Shown here: positions 27,449 through 32,944 of the stretch, one piece after another | Layout of the letters: each line of letters opens with the position of its first letter | Position numbering within the stretch: position 1 is the stretch's first letter | Sequence record: SRR31156797_1107 | Length of the DNA stretch: 32,944 nt | Reading direction: 5' to 3' (one strand) | Notes under the pieces: generated by a model | The model's input: the letters and a program-made list of their open reading frames with translations, nothing else | The model's database searches: none | What the model was told of the DNA's origin: nothing | Program-made: the position numbers and the translations under genes

Positions 27449-27922
27449 ATGAAAGAAGAAATAAAAGCACCAGTTCCACCATTTAGTTATGAAGAAGCTG
27501 TACTTAAAGTAAGAATGGCAGAAAACGGATGGAATTCTAAAGATGCAAATAAAATATCATTTGCATATACAAAAGATTCACAATGGAGAAATAGAGATTT
27601 ATTTATAAATGGTAGAGATGAAATAGTTGAGTTTTTAGAAAATAAATTTACAAAAGAAAAAGAGTATAGATTATGTAAAGAGTTATGGGCATATACAGAA
27701 AATAAAATTGCAGTTAGATTTGCATACGAGTGGAAAGATGAAAACAATCAATGGTATAGAAGTTATGGAAACGAAAACTGGGAGTTTGACAAAAATGGTC
27801 TTATGCAAAAAAGATTTGCTTGTATCAATGACTTGAAAATTGATGCAAAAGATAGAAAATTAACTTGGGAAGGTGATACTAGACCTGATAACTTCCCTTC
27901 TTTATCTGATTTAAATTTATAA
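27449..27922 (+). CDS. DUF1348 / NTF2 (SnoaL-like) family protein
   Basis: PPF...KVRMAENGWN, WRNR, YRLCKELWA, WYRSYGNENWEF. Confidence 0.92.
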   Translation: MKEEIKAPVPPFSYEEAVLKVRMAENGWNSKDANKISFAYTKDSQWRNRDLFINGRDEIVEFLENKFTKEKEYRLCKELWAYTENKIAVRFAYEWKDENNQWYRSYGNENWEFDKNGLMQKRFACINDLKIDAKDRKLTWEGDTRPDNFPSLSDLNL

Positions 27923-27929
27923 TCTTCAA

Positions 27930-27962
27930 ATAGAGTTTATATCTAAAAAGTATAAACTCTAT
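27930..27962 (+). terminator. Terminator hairpin
   Basis: ATAGAGTTTATA...TATAAACTCTAT, 12-bp stem. Confidence 0.7.
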
Positions 27963-27967
27963 ATTAT

Positions 27968-28032
27968 TCGTACGATATGTTAATAAAATTGTACTGTATG
28001 ACATTGACAGTACAAAAATAATCTTATATAAT
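27968..28032 (+). promoter_or_regulatory. Consensus sigma70 promoter with overlapping direct and inverted operator repeats
   Basis: TTGACA(28004)-N17-TATAAT(28027); TTGTACTGT-N9-ACAGTACAA at 27989-28015; GTACnnTATG twice, 21 bp apart. Confidence 0.7.
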
Positions 28033-28108
28033 TTCCCTATACATTTAACAAATAAAAAGTTTAGTGTATGTTTCTATAGAAAATTTATGATTAATCAAAG
28101 GCAAAAAA

Positions 28109-29035
28109 ATGAAAGCTACCCTTTCAACTATATTAAATGAAATAAGAATAAATAATAGTTTTTATGCACGCTCAGAACTCTATGGTTCATGGGGTTTTGA
28201 AAACCCAGCATCAAATGGTGCGATATTTCATTATGTGGTTGAAGGGGAGTTTGAACTTAAAACCTTAGAGGGTGAAATTTATAAGTTTAAACAAGGTGAT
28301 TTGGTTTTGACAGTAAATGGCAAAGGGCATTTCCTTCAAAGTCATGATGGTGTTCAAATAAAACAATTAGAAGAATTAGATTTAACAAAAGATGGAACAA
28401 ACATCTTGGAAGTAAAAGCAGGAAGTTCTGGTAAAAAAACAGTACTAATATGTGGTGGAATGAGTTTAAACCCATCTTGGCATCCATTGTTTCAAGCTTT
28501 ACCAACTTTTATTTACTTAAAAAGAGAAGAACAAGTTTGTACTGCTTGGTTAGATAAATTGATTGAACTGATGAATATTGAAGTTGAATTAGGTTTCTCT
28601 GGAAGTGAAGCTATTATTACAAGATTTTGTGAGGTTTTAGTTATCGAAACTATTAGAAAATGGATTGATAAAAAGGATGAAAACCTTGGATGGACTCTAG
28701 CTTTACAGGATAAAAATATAGGAAATGCACTTGTAAAAATGCACACTAATCCAGAAATCTCTTGGACTGTTGAAGAGTTAGCAAGACAAGCAGATATGTC
28801 AAGAACATCTTTTAGTGAGCATTTTTCAAAAAAAGTTGGTTCTAGTCCTATTAGCTATTTAAATTTTTTAAGAATGAATCTAGCAGCAGATGATTTGAAA
28901 AGTGGAATAAAAACAATAACAGAGATTGCAAATACTGTTGGATATGATTCAGTTGTATCATTTAATAGGGCATTTAAAAAATTTTGGGGTAAACCTCCTG
29001 GAGAATTCAGAGTTTTACCTAGTAATGTATTATAG
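28109..29035 (+). CDS. AraC family regulator with Cupin_6 domain (RclR-like)
   Basis: FHYVVEG, LICG, WTVEELARQADMSRTSF, VGYDSVVSFNRAFKK. Confidence 0.92.
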   Translation: MKATLSTILNEIRINNSFYARSELYGSWGFENPASNGAIFHYVVEGEFELKTLEGEIYKFKQGDLVLTVNGKGHFLQSHDGVQIKQLEELDLTKDGTNILEVKAGSSGKKTVLICGGMSLNPSWHPLFQALPTFIYLKREEQVCTAWLDKLIELMNIEVELGFSGSEAIITRFCEVLVIETIRKWIDKKDENLGWTLALQDKNIGNALVKMHTNPEISWTVEELARQADMSRTSFSEHFSKKVGSSPISYLNFLRMNLAADDLKSGIKTITEIANTVGYDSVVSFNRAFKKFWGKPPGEFRVLPSNVL

Positions 29036-29157
29036 AAAAAAAGAACAACTCGTTGTTCTCTTTAGAATTTGTTTCTTTAGATAGAATTTATTTCTATCGC
29101 TAAAAGAAATCATTAAATTTTGGTCCCTTTTAAAAGGGACTTTTTAAAGGAATAAAA

Positions 29158-30039
29158 ATGAAAAAATATTTAGTAACAGGTGGCGCAGGTAAATTATCAA
29201 GTAAAGTAATAGAGGCATTATTAAACGATTTAAAAATCAATCCAAGTGATTTAGTAACTACAACAAGAGATGTAAATAAATTATCAGATTTAGCAAATAA
29301 AGGTGTTGAAGTTAGACAAGCAGATTTTCAAGATATGGATTCTTTAAAAGAAGCATTTAAAGATGTAGAAAATCTATTATTAATTAGTATTGACCAAATT
29401 GGAAAAAGAAAAGAGTATCATACAAGTGCAATTAATGCAGCTCAAGAAGCAGGGGTTAAGAATCTTGTTTATACATCTATGCCACACCCTGAGACCTCAC
29501 CTATTGGTTTTGCTTATGAGCATGAATCTACAGAAGAGGCTTTAAGAAACAGTACAATTTCAAATTGGACAATCTTAAGAAACAACTGGTATTTTGAAAA
29601 CTATATTGAGTTTTATGGGGATATATTCAAAACACAAAAATGGTTAAGTGCAGTTGCAAATGGAAAAGTTGCACAGCTTAGCAGAGTAGACTTAGCATAC
29701 GCAGCAGCAAGTGCTTTAGTTAATGCTAAAGATGAAAAAGCTGTTTATACTTTAAGTGGGCAAGAATCTTTAACAGTTGATGAAAGTGCAGCAATTTTTA
29801 ATGAAGTATTGGGGAAAAATATTGAAGTTATCCATGTAGATAATAAAACTTATAAAGAACAACTACTTTCATTTGGTGTACCTTCTGAGATTGTAGATAT
29901 GTTAGCAGGTTTTGAAGAGCATAACAGAACAAATCTTTCAGATTTTTCAAGTGAAGATTTTGAAAAATTAACAGGTAAAAAACCTTTAAGTTTAAAAGAG
30001 TGGACTATTTTAAATAAAGAAAAAATTCTAGCTCTTTAA
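29158..30039 (+). CDS. NmrA-like NAD(P)H-binding SDR, QorB/YtfG quinone oxidoreductase-like
   Basis: VTGGAGKL, GVEVRQADF, LLLIS, YTS, WTILRNNWY, SRVDLA. Confidence 0.87.
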   Translation: MKKYLVTGGAGKLSSKVIEALLNDLKINPSDLVTTTRDVNKLSDLANKGVEVRQADFQDMDSLKEAFKDVENLLLISIDQIGKRKEYHTSAINAAQEAGVKNLVYTSMPHPETSPIGFAYEHESTEEALRNSTISNWTILRNNWYFENYIEFYGDIFKTQKWLSAVANGKVAQLSRVDLAYAAASALVNAKDEKAVYTLSGQESLTVDESAAIFNEVLGKNIEVIHVDNKTYKEQLLSFGVPSEIVDMLAGFEEHNRTNLSDFSSEDFEKLTGKKPLSLKEWTILNKEKILAL

Positions 30040-30068
30040 AGTTAAAAAAGTTTCTTTATCAATAGAAT

Positions 30069-30104
30069 AAACTAAATGGTCATGAAGTTTACCATTTAGT
30101 TTTT
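30069..30104 (+). terminator. Intrinsic terminator
   Basis: AAACTAAATGGT...ACCATTTAGTTT plus T-run. Confidence 0.7.
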
Positions 30105-30301
30105 CTGTATTTTTTACTACTCTTTCAATTTTCATGTTAAGTTTTTTAGGAATAGCTTGACTTTTAAAATTTTCTTTTGATATTTGGTATATAACAAATA
30201 AATTATTTAAAAATATAAAAATAAATGATTATTTAATCAGCTTAGTTATCAAATTGAAGATTTATTTTTATACAATAATATAATCAAAAAAAAGGAATGT
30301 T

Positions 30302-30826
30302 ATGAAAAAAGTTGTTTTTTTTATTTTTGCTACAATTTCTTGTCTTTTTTCAGAAGGATTTACATTAACTAGTAATGATGTAAGTGGACAATTGTCACAA
30401 GAAGAAGTATTTAACGGATTTGGGTGTAAAGGTAAAAACATCTCACCAGAACTTTCATGGAGAAATGCACCTTTAGATACAAAATCTTTTGCATTTACTG
30501 TATATGACCCTGATGCTCCAACTGGAAGTGGATGGTGGCATTGGGTTGTATTTAATATCCCAAAAAATAAAACAACTTTAGAAAAGGGCATTGGAAATAG
30601 AGAAACTAAAAATATAGTTCAAAGTATAACTGACTATGGAAAACCTGGATTTGGTGGAGCATGCCCACCTGTGGGAGACAAAGCACATAGATATATTTTT
30701 ACTGTTCATGCATTAGATATTGATAAGTTAGATTTAGATCAAAATGCTTCACCTGCATTGGTAGGGTTTATGATAAATGCCCATACTATACAAAAAGCTT
30801 CTATCATAGCTTATTATGGTAGATAA
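30302..30826 (+). CDS. YbhB/YbcL family Raf kinase inhibitor-like (PEBP) protein, exported
   Basis: Signal peptide; GFGCKGKNISPELSW, YDPDAPTGSGWWHW, GACPP, HRYIFTV. Confidence 0.94.
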   Translation: MKKVVFFIFATISCLFSEGFTLTSNDVSGQLSQEEVFNGFGCKGKNISPELSWRNAPLDTKSFAFTVYDPDAPTGSGWWHWVVFNIPKNKTTLEKGIGNRETKNIVQSITDYGKPGFGGACPPVGDKAHRYIFTVHALDIDKLDLDQNASPALVGFMINAHTIQKASIIAYYGR

Positions 30827-30860
30827 TTATACAAAGGAATATTGATTTCCTTTTGTATAA
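30827..30860 (+). terminator. Terminator-like hairpin
   Basis: TTATACAAAGGAA...TTCCTTTTGTATAA, one bulge. Confidence 0.55.
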
Positions 30861-30905
30861 TAAAATTTATTTTGCTAAAATGCTTGAAACTTTTAAAGGC
30901 TGAGC

Positions 30906-31769
30906 ATTTATACCTACACTGTTCCAAACTATTTTATAGAAAATAACTCACCAAAACTAATAAAAATTGATAATCTTTATTGTGTTAATCATATAACAAA
31001 ATCAAAAAATAATAATGTGTATGCAAGAAATACAATGCATGCTATGAGTATTTTGTTAGAAGGAACAAAAGTTGTTCATCTTGAAAATGAAGAGATAGTT
31101 TTTAATAAAAAAAATATTAGTCTACTAACTCAAAACAATTATTTTTTGAGTGAGAGGATTGTTGAGTCTAAAACTTATAAAGCATTAGTTATATATTTTG
31201 ATGATAAGTTTATACTTGATTTTATAAAAAAGTATGAGCTTGATATTGATATAAAAAAACAATCAAATATAATAAAAATCTCTTTTGAAAACAATAAACT
31301 ACTCGAAAATTCTATCGATACTTTTCAGGCTTTTTTAGAAAATAAGTTTAACAACAAGCTTTTAAAATTAAAAATAGAAGAGATATTTTTACAACTGCTT
31401 GAGATTGATAAAAAACAAATATATTCTTTTTTTTATGCAATAGTTTCAACAGCTCAAGATAGAATAAAATATATATTAGAATCAAATATTGATTTAATAC
31501 AGGATTTATCTGATATGTGTTCTCTTACAAGACTATCTGAGAGTAAAATTAGAACTTATATTAAAAAACATTTTAATCAAACCCCTAAAGTTTGGTTAGA
31601 TACAAAAAGATTAGAGAAGGCTGCTTTTTTACTTACAAATACTCAAAAATCAATTTCAGAAATATCTACAAGTTGTGGGTATGCTACAAATTCGTGGTTT
31701 ATTTCACAGTTTAAAAAATATTACAATCTAACACCAAAAGAGTTTAAAGAAAAAAATAAACAAAACTAA
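30906..31769 (+). CDS. AraC family regulator (YbcM/ExsA-like); start proposed at ATT 30906 (ORF track GTG 31017)
   Basis: C-terminal double HTH (TPKVWLDTKRLEKA, SISEISTSCGY...FISQFKK); frame open upstream to 30897; AAAGG SD at 30895-30899. Confidence 0.85.
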   Translation: MYTYTVPNYFIENNSPKLIKIDNLYCVNHITKSKNNNVYARNTMHAMSILLEGTKVVHLENEEIVFNKKNISLLTQNNYFLSERIVESKTYKALVIYFDDKFILDFIKKYELDIDIKKQSNIIKISFENNKLLENSIDTFQAFLENKFNNKLLKLKIEEIFLQLLEIDKKQIYSFFYAIVSTAQDRIKYILESNIDLIQDLSDMCSLTRLSESKIRTYIKKHFNQTPKVWLDTKRLEKAAFLLTNTQKSISEISTSCGYATNSWFISQFKKYYNLTPKEFKEKNKQN

Positions 31770-31867
31770 ACATAACTTTTCCGATATAAAATTTAAGAAT
31801 TCTTGTACATTCATACCCTTTATTTGATTAAAATTTTAATTATAAAAATAAAAAATAGGAATATATA

Positions 31868-32620
31868 ATGAAAGAATCAAACAATTGGGATTCTCAAAAA
31901 TATAATAAGCACGCAGACTTTGTATCAAATTTGGCTTTGCCTGTAGTTGATTTGTTAAATCCACAAAAAGATGAAGATATATTAGATTTAGGTTGTGGAG
32001 ATGGGACATTAGCTTTAGAAATACAAAAATATGGTTCAAATGTTTTTGGTGTAGATTTAAGTGAAAATATGGTTCAAAAAGCAAAATCAAAAGGTATTGA
32101 TTCCCAAGTAATGAGTATAACAAATCTAAAGTTTAACAAAAAATTTGATGCAGTATTTTCAAATGCAGTATTACATTGGGTAAAAGAAAGAGAATTAGCT
32201 ATTCAAAATATCAATAGCATATTAAAAGAAAAAGGAAGATTTGTAGCAGAGTTTGGTGGCTATAAAAATATTAAAAGTTTAGAAAATGCAATGCAAGAAA
32301 TCTATGATAACCATCCAGAATGGGGAAGTTTTAATAATCCTTGGATTTACTCATCGGATATAGAATACAAAGAACTTTTAGAAAAAAATGGTTTTAGAGT
32401 TGAATATATAGAATTGATACCAAGACCAACTCCTATTGACGATATCTTAAACTGGTTAGATGTTTTTGCAAATGGAATTACAAATAATTTAACAGTAGAA
32501 CAAAAAGAGATTTTTAAACAAGAGGTAAGAGATATTTTATTACCTAAGTTATATACAAAAAAAGATGGCTGGGTTATTGATTATGTTAGATTAAGATTAA
32601 AGGCGATTAAAATCAATTAA
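31868..32620 (+). CDS. Class I SAM-dependent methyltransferase (Tam-like)
   Basis: ILDLGCGDG, FDAVFSNAVLHW, AEFGG, DYVRLR. Confidence 0.92.
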   Translation: MKESNNWDSQKYNKHADFVSNLALPVVDLLNPQKDEDILDLGCGDGTLALEIQKYGSNVFGVDLSENMVQKAKSKGIDSQVMSITNLKFNKKFDAVFSNAVLHWVKERELAIQNINSILKEKGRFVAEFGGYKNIKSLENAMQEIYDNHPEWGSFNNPWIYSSDIEYKELLEKNGFRVEYIELIPRPTPIDDILNWLDVFANGITNNLTVEQKEIFKQEVRDILLPKLYTKKDGWVIDYVRLRLKAIKIN

Positions 32621-32698
32621 TATTGCTCAATAAATATTCTTTAAATAAGAATTGAATTCTTTTATTTTTGTATAATAAAAGAAACTAGGATGAATATT

Positions 32699-32944
32699 AT
32701 GGAATATTTAACATCAACAGAAAATATCAGAATCCCAAAAATACTTTATGGAACTGCATGGAAAAAAGAAAATACAACTGAACTTGTTAAAGAAGCATTA
32801 CTAAGTGGCTTTAAGGGAATTGACACAGCAGGACAACCTAGACACTATAGGGAAGAATTAGTAGGTTTAGGGCTAAGTGAGGCATATAAAGAAGGTATTA
32901 AAAGGGAAGATTTATATCTTCAAACAAAATTTACTCCAATAGAT
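32699..32944 (+). CDS. Aldo/keto reductase, 3' end runs off the window
   Basis: Not in ORF track. MEYLTSTENIRIPKILYGTAWKK...GFKGIDTAGQPRHYREELVG...REDLYLQTKFTP shows AKR catalytic D/Y/K; AGGA SD. Confidence 0.9.
   Translation, partial: MEYLTSTENIRIPKILYGTAWKKENTTELVKEALLSGFKGIDTAGQPRHYREELVGLGLSEAYKEGIKREDLYLQTKFTPID

Noticed and set aside
31755..31800. CAAAACTAAACATAAC segment after the AraC stop as a binding site
   Set aside because: No convincing second copy; indistinguishable from A-rich background.
8511..32123. Remaining short antisense or overlapping ORFs (e.g. 11532-11831, 13535-13933, 14746-15207, 21390-21704, 30268-30591)
   Set aside because: All overlap well-supported genes and lack motifs or translation signals.
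1..32944. CRISPR array, tRNA/rRNA, IS, integron, prophage, anti-phage defence genes, poly-G phase-variation tracts
   Set aside because: No regularly spaced repeats, structural RNA signatures, transposase or integrase motifs, recognisable defence domains or long G/C runs were seen.

Overview
Very AT-rich chromosomal window. Gene content and promoter style (gn/TGn-TAnAAT -10 boxes, AAGGA Shine-Dalgarno, short MutS2) suggest Campylobacterota, probably Arcobacteraceae (inference). Left arm: partial soluble chemoreceptor, mutS2-mscS, ltaE, a DUF748/AsmA-like protein with five 42-aa repeats, a YeiE-like LysR/yeiH/TauE module and dapE. The rest is a long accessory tract: voltage-gated K+ channel, decayed gene remnants, aldA, MocR with PNPOx-like and GNAT genes, a minimal eutB-eutC-eat operon, LOG, DMT-Crp, FMN riboswitch-ribB, phnA/yjdM, TetR-DUF1348, AraC-qorB-like, ybcL-AraC, methyltransferase and a partial aldo/keto reductase. 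No rRNA, tRNA, CRISPR, IS or prophage was seen. I found no unambiguous new multi-gene system. The best leads are the regulator-less eut operon with paired TATAC-N7-GTATA operators near aldA, a complete FMN riboswitch expression platform, the modular lipid-bridge candidate, a likely ATT start codon, leaderless mutS2 and several readable operator sites. All family calls come from motif recognition, not database searches.
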